Below are positions 1-11,527 of a DNA stretch of 64,000 bases, one piece after another. The position numbers and the translations under genes are program-made. The number at the start of each line of letters is the position of its first letter. Within the stretch, counting starts at the first letter, position 1. Source of the DNA: Perkinsus chesapeaki ATCC PRA-425 (Eukaryota > Protista > Perkinsozoa); NCBI GenBank assembly GCA_013115145.1, contig JAAPAO010000137.1, positions 1-64,000 of the forward strand, given 5' to 3'. The notes beneath the pieces were generated by a model that was given only the letters and a program-made list of their open reading frames with translations, was not told where the DNA came from and did no database searches.

Positions 1-92
1 CTTTCTATTATATCTCCTCCTCCGTATCACTAGTAACATATTTCCTATCGAACTCCTTTCTATTATATCTCCTTCTGCGTATCACTAGTAAC
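1..92. repeat. Imperfect direct repeat, ~55-bp period, in an intron of the multi-globin gene
   Basis: ctttctattatatctcctYctScgtatcactagtaac occurs at 1-37 and 56-92; the array may extend left of the window. Confidence 0.75.
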
Positions 93-141
93 TGTTCCTG
101 GACCTCGCCTTCCTTCATCCTTCGACATGTATTGTCTTCAG

Positions 142-3100
142 ATACAAAGGCAGGGATTTAGTAAGAATTCATCAAATGATAGACATATACGACTACCACA
201 TGGACGCCTTCGTCAGCATAGTGAAATCAGGTAGGAATCATAGTGCCCCTCGATAACGTGTAAAAGCTCATCTCGCCGCCCTGTATGGTTGTTGTTCTGT
301 CGTCTTCTTTGGTACATCTATGACCCTACCAGGGCGCAATGGACATCATCACTCTGGGGGTTCGTTTGTGTAGGAGAAGCGTCTCGAGAGATGGACTCTT
401 TTTGGAGTCGTAGAGGAGCATCAGATGCGCCGAAAAGGGTTGCATTCGATGCTCCCTTTTGGTATAGTAAAAATATTTTCTAACAAAGCTCATTCAGATG
501 CCTCTTTAAACCCAAATAGCGTTTCCAGCTATCGTCCTCACTTGTCAGTCCTCGAAGATGCAGACCAAGACCCTGAGACTGTAGACTCATGCACGATCCT
601 TATGGAGACGTGCCGATCGCAAATCGTCCGGCCAGCGAATCATGACGTAAGTCCTTCTCAGAAGCTGCCGTTCAGTTTTACCGTAACGCGCATCCCTCAC
701 AGAGGGGCTACTCTCTGGTTGAGTAATTAGAGTTGAGCTCATTAACCCTTGGACTATCAAATTGCGAAAATTTTCCCATAAATTTTCCTCAGCAACGTAG
801 TCGAGTAATTGTTCTTTCCAGTGGATAGTATCATCCATATTTCATCACGGATTCACTTGATAGGAAATGCTGCCCTATTCCTTCCTCATTTGTTATTGGT
901 TTAGGTTAGGAGGGCACAGGCGATTGCCAACACTAAGCCGCTCTATGAGCGATTGGGCGGTGAAATTGCCATTGCTAAACTGGCGGATTTGTTCTATAAT
1001 GAAGCAATGGAAGATTCACGTAAGTGTGTCGAGAAGACCAAGGGAATATGGGAACAGAAGTGTGGATACTAAATACCCGATGCAGGATTCGAACCTACGA
1101 CCATCTGCTCCGTAGGCAGACATTCTATCCAGCTGAACTAATCGGGCTATACCTTGTTTGATAAACCACTAGCTTCGTTGGAGCCTCACTGAGAGAGACT
1201 CCATGGTCAAGTTGCTGTTTGTATACCCCTTGTCCAGAAACAGCCTTGGAACTCAGTCTCGGACTCTAGGCTCGGAACTCTAGAAAAGACTGCCCGTACT
1301 GGTATATAAAGTACTTCACAGTCGTCCCGCATGGTTAGGAACAAAGAGCTTCTTCGAAAAGAATAAAGCAAAGGTGGCCACAGTAAAGAAGAAGATAACT
1401 CAGTTGATAGGAACCGTCACAGGAGGCTCGAAACAGTAAGGCATAACACATGGCCGTCTGGCCTGCAGTGCTCTCGCAGATACGATATGGCTGATCTAAA
1501 GCCGTCACATTACTCAATGAACATCACCGACTTCCATTTCGACTCGGTCATTGGTTTGATAAGACAAGCAGGAGACACGCTCCATATGAACTCGAGCGAC
1601 ATTGAGGAACTCTTGGCTGTCAGTCGGGGAGAGGTTCTTTATAGAAGCTCTTTTAACTCTTAACCTTTTATAGAACAGTGTTGTTGTTGATTGACTCTTG
1701 TGATATTATGACAACACCTTAGGGAGATACCGCGGAGCTATTGGACCCCACGGGAAACTTCTGTCATTAGATGAATCCTAAGCAAAACTTGTACTATATC
1801 TCGGCACTCGACACATTTCTGAATAATTGGAGAACGAATTCAAGTGGAACCTTGGACACTTACATAATCTGACGGATGAATTTTATTGAACGAGAAACAG
1901 AGAGATATACGAAGGGCATTCTCGGGTATTACAGCGCGTTACAAGATCGCCTATTGGCGTGTAAATGTATAACAGAATATTGACCCCCCTGGGGTTCGAA
2001 CTTGTTCCTAGATAGCTTCTGTTCTTGCAGATACTTCAGAAAATGCGACCAGAGATAACTACTGGTTGTACAGTCCGTCGAGAAATGGCGCTTCAAAACC
2101 TTGCCCGGAGCGACGAGGGAGAAGGCGGGCTTTATGAACGTTTGTGTAAGTCTAAGGGTCATTTCAACGGTCGAACAGTAGCACTTGTACAATGAAGAAA
2201 AATACGCGGTGCGGCAATGCGAAGAGCCAAATGCATCGCACAGCCATCAGCTACTACTAAGATGATTCGTTGCCATTGGCGTTTTAGATTGCTATTTGAA
2301 TCCGATATTAAAAGGCTTTGATGGCCTGTGGTTTTATCATTTGCCTTGTTTCCGGTCGCAAACTCCCCGCCCAATAGTCTCACCTTGTCAGACGAGGCAG
2401 ATGGCATCACCCGGCTGATGGACTCACTTTTCCATCTAATTTCGAAAGACAATCGTATCAAAGATTTCTTTCCACCAGACAGCATTCAGCTAATAAAAGA
2501 AGCTAAGCTAGTGTAAGCCCGGCAACGGTATTGTGAGATAACGCAGTGCTTCTTTAGTTTCTTCATTGAACTTTTCGGTGGCCCTCCCGAGTATGAAGGA
2601 CGTGATCTGACAGGTAGGCCGTGGTACGCCGGTCTGATCCATCGAGACTCGCACAATATAGACTACAGTATATTGTGAGTCACTAACCATATCATACAGT
2701 CAGTGACTCTGGCTTATAGCTGGCAATTGTAAGCTCAAATATACACCCAACTCAGTTGGGCCAACTGTCAGCCGCCCTCAATTCCTCATAGCACTAGCAC
2801 ACATGTCACCGAATTCCAGCGGCAAGTTTGTACGTCACTCACTTCACAACTACTAAGAACCAGCGAGAGCATCCAATTTTGGGTGGTTTCAACTGACTAA
2901 CAAACAATCAATTTCAGAAATACACGAGCCACTGGAGATCACAGATTATCATTTCGATGCATTCATGTCGAACATGTCTCGAGCCCTGCTCTCTCAAGGC
3001 CATCCGGACAGTCTAGTGGACGAAGTCGTTATCACATTGGACTCAGTATGGGAGTTCTGCGGCGGCGCTAAGTGGGGCATTTCTCGTCCTAGGTCCGTAA

Positions 3101-4755
3101 CGCAGTTCTAGATCGACAATCAGAATTAGTGATAGAGCCACGCGATGGCCTCAACCTCCTCGAGCGTATCGGTGGTGATAGCAACCTGGAAGCCGTGGTT
3201 GAAGGAATGTATCAGTATTTCGTGAATGATAGTCGAATAAAGTAAGTTACCCGATACAGGATTCGAACCTACGACCATCTGCTCCGTAGGCAGACATTCA
3301 ATCCAGCTGAACTAATCGGGCCATAATTATGCTCTAGGTTCCACTTCGAGAAGAACAAATCCAAGGAAAGATCCATCACGACCAAACTATATCAGTTCCT
3401 TTCCGGGGCCTTCGGAGGACTCGTTCAGTAGACCAGAGTCACCCTACCACGAGTTCTCACCATTTCTCAGATACGAACAAGAGAACTTGAAGCCTGCTCA
3501 TTACAAAATGAATATCTCTGATTACCATTTTGATGCTGTCCTCGAATGCTTTGTAAAAAGTGCACAGGAGTTAGAGGAGATAGACGAGGATGTGAGACAC
3601 CACGCGTGCTTTATAAGGTTCATTCCGTCGCGACTTCTGTCAGTCAGTAAAGCTACCACATTATTTCATGTAAATCACCCTGTCGCCGACTCCGGACATG
3701 ATCTTTTGTAGCCTCGGTAGCTCAGTCGGTAGAGCGCGTGCCTTTTAAGCCCGTGGTCGTGGGTTCGAGCCCCGCCCGAGGTGCTCTTTATATCTCTTTG
3801 CCCCCATATGTTTGCTCGTTTCATCTCTGATATGATCGAAGGGAAAATTTCGGTCCAACACGCCCCACTTTTTCCGACATTCAGGTGATTCCCGACGCTC
3901 TACGGATCCTCAACTCAGTGCGGTCGGAAATCATAACAGGTAGCTTGCCCTCAACCATTCAGAAGGATGAACAACCCTCTCAGGCTCGCGAGTTCGGATG
4001 GACGCTGCGGAGCGGAAAAACAATGAAGATGGTGTTGATGAGCTGTTTAAGAAGCTCGGAAAAGTTGACGGAGTCGTGAACTTCGTGGACCACTTGTAAG
4101 TCGTTTTTTACGAAATCACAAGTTATTGCTTGAAGTATCTTCGGAACAAAATAAGGTATCCTGTAACCACAATAGGGCCCCTTACCATTACACACCGAAT
4201 ACAATGAAGAAGGATGAACTGAACCAGACGACTACCAATTTAATAGACACTTATTCTAATAACCTTCAGGATCGCCATCGCTTAACTGCCTATCGTACAC
4301 AACCCTGCCGATACATAACACCAGAATACCGTTTCGATTCTGTGGCAGATACGAGTGTGTTGATCGTGACAAGCGAATACACATGTTTTTCGAAGGAGCG
4401 AAAGTCCAAGCCATCAAGAAGGCTCAAACACAATACTTTATCGGAGTAGGAATCCGCTTTTCCTGACCACGATCATCATCCCTACATTCCAGCTCTTCGG
4501 CGGCCCCACGGAATATAAAGGAAGAACTCTGGAGGAAATACACGAAGTCACAGCAATGACCGATTACCATCTCGACTGCTTTTTCCTCAACATTCAAAAG
4601 TGCCTCAGGCAAGCTGTTCACGCTTCGGTTTGCTTTTTATGTGTTATTTTTTCAGAGGGCTCGGATTCGACAACGAAACAGTCGACCAGTTTATAGTAGT
4701 TTTAGAAAGGCTTCGTCCACAGATTCTTCATCACCATTACAAGCGAATGGGGTAG
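142..4755 (+). CDS. Multi-domain group I truncated haemoglobin (2/2 globin), at least 5 tandem domains, 5' end outside the window, multi-exon
   Basis: Stitched GT/GC-AG exons give repeated trHb motifs. D1 partial: YKGRDLVRIHQMIDIYDYHMDAF. D2: KPLYERLGG..LFY..DSRTKSFF..TGGSKQYDMADLKPSHYSMNITDFHFD. D3: GLYERL..KDNRIKDFF..LFGGPPEYEGRDLTEIHEPLEITDYHFD. D4: NLLERIGG..GMY..NDSRIKFHF..AFGGLVQYEQENLKPAHYKMNISDYHFD. D5: ELFKKLG..HLY..RDKRIHMFF..LFGGPTEYKGRTLEEIHEVTAMTDYHLD. Stop TAG at 4753-4755. GC-AG intron at 4609-4655. Confidence 0.9.
1074..1147 (-). tRNA. trnR-ACG: tRNA-Arg(ACG), antisense inside globin intron 1020-1338
   Basis: Reverse complement folds as a cloverleaf: GCCCGAT/ATCGGGT acceptor, TCTGC-CT-ACG-GA-GCAGA anticodon arm, GGTTCGAATCC T-arm. 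Confidence 0.93.
3248..3321 (-). tRNA. trnR-ACG: tRNA-Arg(ACG), second copy, antisense inside 96-nt globin intron 3242-3337
   Basis: 72/74 identical to 1074-1147; differences are A21->T and a T-stem C->T giving an extra G-U pair. Confidence 0.88.
3711..3783 (+). tRNA. trnK-TTT: tRNA-Lys(TTT), sense orientation inside globin intron 3592-3884
   Basis: GCCTCGG/CCGAGGT acceptor, GCTCAGTCGGTAGAGC D-arm, CT-TTT-AA anticodon loop (one stem mismatch), GGTTCGAGCC T-arm, followed by CTCTTTT. Confidence 0.9.
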
Positions 4756-5543
4756 GTCAATCGAGGCGAGTGTCCTGCAAAGTATAACACGAAATAGTGA
4801 GTTGTATCCATCACACAACTTTTTTGGCTTCCCGGTGCGCAACCTGCGATTACTGAGTGTGAATGTCAACGTGCGCGGAAAATCCTGTCGATTTTGTACT
4901 CCTATTTGGTATGATTGGTATATTGCCGATCAACTTCTTCATTACTGTTTTAGCATTGGTTTGGAAAATTTAGTGTAAGGTTTTTAATAGTGTTTTTCTA
5001 TTATAACTTATCATACGTATCACAACCTTTTAGGATGGACTAACGTGCACCATGTTCTTCAATCGTTGTGTTATAATTATTTATTATTGCGTTATTATAA
5101 TGTCAATATATTAACCGCCATTAAGCCATGTGGTAACACCTTTCTCGTAAGGTGCGTGAATACACTCGACAGGATTATAAACAAATAACCGAAAACGGAA
5201 TACACCGCAAGCGAAACGAATATTGATAATACGTATTAGTACGTATGCAACACATTACGCTGCTGCAAGCATTTATCCGGACTGGTTCGATTCGATAAGA
5301 AATCTGGCTGCTTAATTGTATATCGCGGATGCCGCACACTGAGGTTACACTCTAACAACACAAAACTGTATCATTATGAAACCCCTCATTCGATAGTTGT
5401 CCTCCGATAACCTTCACAAAGGATATAAATGTCTTTTTAAGGAATAGAAAATATACAACAACAACTGCATGATTATGTGACAATGGAAATCACATAAGCT
5501 TCCCTTATAACGCCAATCAACAGCAACAGCGGCAGCAGTTTAC

Positions 5544-7275
5544 TCACTTCTTCGATTCTGAAAACATACGCTTAGCCGAAACCGTCCTCGGAAAATATCT
5601 TACCTTCACCCGCGGCTTCAGGAGCAGCGTGCTCTCCAGTAGCGGCTGGTGGTAGAATTTGATCCTGAATTAACAAAATTATGTCCAATAAAATATTTTG
5701 TTGTTCAGTGAAAATGGATCAAGTATTAACCGCCTTTAAATCGGCTTAAGTAGATAACCGTAGCTTTGGGTGATTCAATGATAAAAGATGAAAAATGACT
5801 CGTATGAAAAACGTTTCAAATTCGACCCGAATCTGGTAAGAATGCTGGACTGGTCACGGCGGTGAGTCACAGTAGGGGAGTAAAACTTGAATCAAAGATC
5901 TACTAACACTAACCTCGACGTTACAAGGGACCAGTTGCCATTGGACTTACCGGCAGCGCGCTAGCAAGAGCGGCAGCATCAGCTGGCTCTGTACTTGGGG
6001 TCAACGAGAAGGTATAGCTGCGGGCATTGCGGTAACTGTAGAGGAAAAGTCGGTATGAAAATAGTAGTGAATTCTGTTTACGTTGAACCATCCTGCATTG
6101 AGCCCATGTGCTCTTTGTATTGGACCACAGTAGAGAGATTGAGACCGAGGATCTCACGGAACTTCTCACATATTCTGAAAAAATATCATCAACAAATCGC
6201 TGATGCCGGCGGTGACCTCGCATACACAAGCGGTGGCCTTTCGATGGTCCCGCGAGGAATAGAAATGTAAGAATACAGCGGATGCGGTTTATACGGAAAA
6301 TGACATATTATTATGATGATACATTTCTGCAATAGAAAAATAAAAACTCACTTTAGTCGGCAGCATCAGAAGTGTAATAAAGTTGTTATTACCTAAACCT
6401 GACTTGGGGATTGGTGGCATTACTGTAGTTCCAGATAGATATGATATCATCCTTATATCGAGTAGAGAGGACACAGCCAACGACGTCCGGTACTTCGAAT
6501 AGTTCACCTGGAATAATCAACTAACTCATACGGAGAAGGATTAGTCTTAATTATCACCCTTCACAAGCGACTAAGTTCGATGGAGTATCTCCTGCCACAG
6601 CAGGTAAACGGGGTTGCGCAACGGTAAAGGAATATAACTTATAAAAATATACCGATATAGAATATTGCACTATAATAAAGAATATGGCTTAAAATATGGG
6701 GTACTGTTCAACATAATGATACGAATTGAAGGCCCCTATGAAAATCCTTGAAGGCCCATCTTACCAATGCATGCCATAACAAGGGTCTCCCAAAGTTGGC
6801 CAAGATGATTCCTGGCAGTCTTCTTCTTGATTCTGAGAATCCAACAGCCTCCATCGGGGAACTCCTCCCACATCGGCTTGTATCCCCTAAAATTCAAAGT
6901 AATTGGCGGAGAGAGCGGTATGAGGTTACTTTCGGAATAGATGGACATTGACATTTGGTGGTAGCTCATTAGGACGAACACAGTATCTGAAGAGAAATAT
7001 CTTAGGTTAAAGCGTGCAGGATACGCAGGAGCTTACGCATAATGTCTATAGAAGCCCTCAACGGTATTGAAAGTACCGGCCTGTTTCAAACCCTCAACAT
7101 AAGCATCAGACTCACGACGATCTCCCGACTTGCGGTCGAACCTAAAACATATCTTTTTGAGCTACGAAAGTCATGCTTCAACCTACCAGAAAGTCCAGGC
7201 GGTCTCGAGAGGATGCTCGTTTGAAGGATATTCTCCTTCCTTAACTCTGGCTTCTTCGGGATGTAAAGCGTCCAT
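5544..7275 (-). CDS. EIF4E: eIF4E-family cap-binding protein (divergent paralogue), multi-exon
   Basis: Stitched: MDALHPEE..EHPLETAWTFWFDRK..DAYVEGLKQAGTFNTVEGFYRHY..HLFRKGYKPMWEEFPDGGCWILR..GQLWETLVMACIG..DDIISIWN..QYKEH; these are hallmark eIF4E motifs. Confidence 0.9.
6998..7023 (-). repeat. Dispersed ~27-bp hairpin motif, near the 3' end of an eIF4E intron (sense)
   Basis: Minus strand TATCCTGCACGCTTTAACCTAAGATA, 11 nt before the acceptor. Confidence 0.7.
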
Positions 7276-7296
7276 TATAAATAAAAGAACTTCGAT

Positions 7297-7352
7297 GCGA
7301 CACAAAAACTGTCCCCCGCCAGACGCGACACAAAAACTGTCCCCCGCCAGAC
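7297..7352. repeat. Perfect 28-bp tandem duplication in the short HIP-eIF4E spacer
   Basis: gcgacacaaaaactgtcccccgccagac x2. Confidence 0.9.
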
Positions 7353-7419
7353 GCCAACCAACTCTATCCACCGTTCGATTGAAACGACGGGTGTTTTAAC
7401 AAAGTCAAATTTGGTATCT

Positions 7420-10165
7420 TTAATGAGCTCCTGGGAATCCACCACCGGGCATCGCTCCGCCTACTTTTGACATCAATTTCTGTAGAATTGGACCGACTTC
7501 AGGATCGCTCATGTACCTGATATAGAGGGATGAAAAGCGATGAGAATAATATGAATAATAGTCATATATTAAGAACCAATAACAACACAAGATAAACAGT
7601 AAATTTCATAGCAGTTAAAAAGTTACTTCACACTTAACGTAGTAGTAAAAGTTTAAAAAAAGAACTACAAGTTTAAAATTAAACGGCAAAATGGAGAAAT
7701 CCTGGATCAATGGAAATTGCTTTAGCACACGTTACTGAGAAATAGCACTATAATTCATCCGTGCATGCTCCTCTGTTTAAACCAGAAGAGAAAGCTTGGG
7801 ATCATTCTCGCAAAATTTCAGACCAATTTTGCAGAATATATTTTCTCCCAGGAAAATAAGGGTAATCTTGCGGGACCCTTTTCTTCATGAGGTATGGGTA
7901 ATTCAAGCTTCAGAAGCCCAACACATATCTCAAGACGTCCCAAAAACGAACACGTACAAAAAATCCACTTCAAAAACTATATGACACAACCCTCCAGAAG
8001 ACTAGGCCCTTGTCTGCGCCGAAAATTTACGAAAAATTTCGTATTTTTTCTGTCGTTTCCAAACTTACTTCATAGCGTTTGCAGGATTTTGCATCATCTC
8101 CTGCATGGCCGCCATTACCTTCGGATTGCTGAATGCTGCTTGGAGATCTGGATCACTCATATGGGGCATGCCTCCTGAAGGGATCGAAATGACCAATGGG
8201 AAATAACGAGGCGCGTGAAGTGTAAATGAGAGAGGGGATATAAAGTGATAAAGACCTGCAGCTGTGATGATATGAACAACAATTTCGATCTCATATACAT
8301 AACTATTAGGACACCACAAGAGAGGTGCTAGTAACCAGCAGGTAGATAAGGATAACCCCGGATTTAACCTAAGGTAGATAAGGATAGTTACCAAGAGTCC
8401 TGGTATTATTCACATATATGCTGTATTTATATTAGGATATCGAGGACAAAGGGTTAAGTTGTTAAGTGAAGAAAAGCTACACAATTGATGTTATTAGTAA
8501 GTTTATATTTACAGAAATAGTGCATACCACGAATTTGTTAATATAAAATATTTAGTGTCAATAAGTGACTACTACTACTGTTCATCTTTCTCCAAGTAAT
8601 AGCCCCATAACCCCCACACATCGATACCCACCTGGCATTCCTCCTGGGAAGCCGCCCGGCATAGAGGAGCTAGATGACTGGGGATGATGCTCTTCGTCGG
8701 CCTCCTTTTGAGCTTCATAAGCCTTTTGGGCGGCTGCTCTGAAAAAAGACGACTTCATTCACTGGCTGGAGGCTCGCAAAACTGGGATAAAAACCGAAAA
8801 TTTTACAGAAAAAACCGAAAAATTTCTGAAAATTTCTTCCACAAGGATTTACCGGCGCTTTTTAATCTCCCTCTCCTTTCTCAGCTTGTTATTCTCATCA
8901 AGCTGGTTCTGATACTCCCGTCGCATTTGCGATATCTTATCCCACTTCTCGTCCACGTATCTGATCAAAAATATCTTACTTTCCACAAAAATATTCTCGA
9001 ACTCACTTGTGAACCTCCTCAGTGGCTTCGTCAAAATCGATGTTCTGAGCAGCGGCGAGATCAGAGTGAGCTTGCTCCCATCTGAAAGAAAGATTCTTTC
9101 GAGGTCAACTTTCAGCCTCCCCTACCTCTGCAGCTTCCTGTTTGCGATTCCCCGAATTCTGTAAGCTCGACCACTATCAGGGTTAAGCTTCCTAAAGATA
9201 CGCAAGTGCGCACTACAAAGATTTTTACCCTACTTACAGTGCAGCGTCGGCATCACTAATAGCAGCAAGTGGCCTCTTCAATTTGAGAAGTACTGTGGCT
9301 CTTCGAGCGAACAACAATGCGGTAGCGCCGCCCATATCAATGGCTTCTGAGTATCTAATAAAAATGGAAAAATGATATCGTGGGAAAAACCCGAATGAGA
9401 CCATTAAGAAAGAAATAAAGATATTTTTACTTGTCGAGTGCCTTGTGGAGATCACCATCTTCAAGCGCTTCAGTGGCCTCCTGCTTTAGGCCATTTTGCT
9501 TGTCCATTTCATCATCACGCAGCTCCTAAAGACAATCGGATATACCCGAAACTCCTTAAGGGATTGCTGGCGGGTGGAATGCGATATCATGCCATAAAAC
9601 TCGAATGAGAGCTCTTGAAAGTGTACTGAACAAGACGACTGCTGCTCACCACCTTGTCCTCGGGCCCAGTAGAAGGAACAGCCTCAGATTCTGGCTCCAG
9701 CTTTTCAGGGTCGGAAGGATCATTGAAGATCGATTCATCGGGCTTCGGGGGGTCCTGGAATGACAATGGTCAATTTGCACGCATCTACATATGTTACCAC
9801 AATAGGCTCCTCTTCTTCCTCTTGAGGAGTTTCCTTGGGGGAAGACTCTCCATGGGTTTCATGAGTACGAGGCATCTAAAGGATATCTTAAGTTGAAGCG
9901 TGCAAGATACTCAAAAGGTCAGTAGACCGCTCATATCCCTACCCGTTGCTCCTCTTCTTCTTCCTCTGCAGATGAAGTATCCTCTGTCTTTGGTGGTAGC
10001 GTTGCTCCGAGGCTCTCTAAGTAAGACCTGCGAACTTATTCCATCTCACTCGGACATTTTTCGCTTTTACTTGAAAAATCCGAGCTCCGGGCGATACAGC
10101 ATCTCGGGGTTCGCCTTAACGGTGTCGATGAACCCTTTAAGTTGATTAATTTTAGTTGTATCCAT
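7420..10165 (-). CDS. ST13: Hsc70-interacting protein (HIP/ST13): N-terminal dimerisation domain, TPR, STI1 domain; multi-exon
   Basis: MDTTKINQLKGFIDTVKANPEMLYRPELGFFKSYLESLGA (HIP N-domain); TPR segment YSEAIDMGGATALLFARRATVLLKLKRPLAAISDADAAL; STI1 segment MSDPDLQAAFSNPKVMAAMQEMMQNPANAMKYMSDPEVGPILQKLMSK. Confidence 0.9.
9884..9909 (-). repeat. Dispersed hairpin motif, near the 3' end of a HIP intron (sense)
   Basis: Minus strand TATCTTGCACGCTTCAACTTAAGATA, 8 nt before the acceptor. Confidence 0.7.
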
Positions 10166-11527
10166 TCTTATAAAAACAAACCAACTGAGCTATAAGGAAT
10201 CTTCTAGGTCTATGTAGTGCAAGCTTCAACCTTGGATACCATATGCTTTCACCACCGGCGCTCTGAACCCTCTGTAGTAGAGGTCTAGAAATAAAAGGTA
10301 ACGCGATGAAGGAACACTATCTTCCCTCCTTTTACTCTACAACGAGTTGCCCACTTCACGCTAAAACGAATATGCGTAATTTCTGATGGAAGTTCCGCAA
10401 AACCGTTCACTACAGAGAGACCCTGTACAATTAAGCATAGTCTACTCAAATAAAGTTGCAAAAGCCAATGAAAATCACAAAAAATACGACACAAGGTTTG
10501 TACAGGTTAACGCTTAGCCGAGTTCGACGGTTATTGGTGGGTAAAACCGCTCATGAGGTATTCCTAAAACGGAATAATTTCCCCGCTTGTATAATCAGCG
10601 CACTTGCTTTACAGTATTTCAGACATGCTACTGGTTCTACTATTTACGATCGAGGTACTCTTCTTGAGCTCTGTTAGCTTACAAAGATATCTCAGGCGTA
10701 TCGAGGAGATCTTACGGAGGCCCCGTATGATAAGATTTGTGGTAGAGAGTCTATGAAAGTAAGATTCTTGGGAGGTTGATATGTCCCTAAAGCATTATGT
10801 GGGGCATTCGAGTTACGTAATCTCTTTATACAATCTACATTACTTTATTGCGTTGAAATTGGGGCAAGCGTTATTCAGCGCTTGAAGCAACCGACATCTC
10901 ATCAAAAAATAGTCCGATACTATCTCTGACTTAAGCTCGAGGGTCTATGGTGAACATAAGTCAGCAATGGGCATTGCTTTATCAGGTAGATTGGCAATTC
11001 CTCGACTTATCTGTCTCTGCCCACGTTGATGGTTCATCATGTTGTACGGTTAACATTAATGATTCTCCTACTACTGCAGAGGGATGCTGCGGAAGATGTC
11101 TCAAATCTGAAGGTGAGCAATAGTTGCTCGGTTGTCGAAAACTCTATTTTTATTCATTATATAAAACTGCGTTCTGTGGGTAACTTACGTCGTGTAACTC
11201 AGTGGTCGGGTTACTAATAGTTATTAACTGAAGCTGATGTCTTCGGTAGTGGACCCTCAAATGGTCCTCCATCAAGCAGGTTCGGGTTGATGGCGGAAGG
11301 TGCAAAAATAACGGAGATTTTCTGGGAATTTTTCCTGCTCGTCACCGTACGTGTGGTGGCGCATGATTAACGTGATTCTGCACTATATAGCTCACAACAA
11401 ATGTGCGGTGGACTGGCCGACTCCGAATCAACGCCCCGCATAATATTGAAATGATTTGCGACTCGTGGGTGAAGTTTCAGCCACGATTTGAGACAGTTTG
11501 AGGTGAGCCTCCGAGAACTTCATCTAC

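Noticed and set aside
8684-9085. 133-aa plus-strand ORF
   Set aside because: Antisense to HIP exons and introns; no independent evidence
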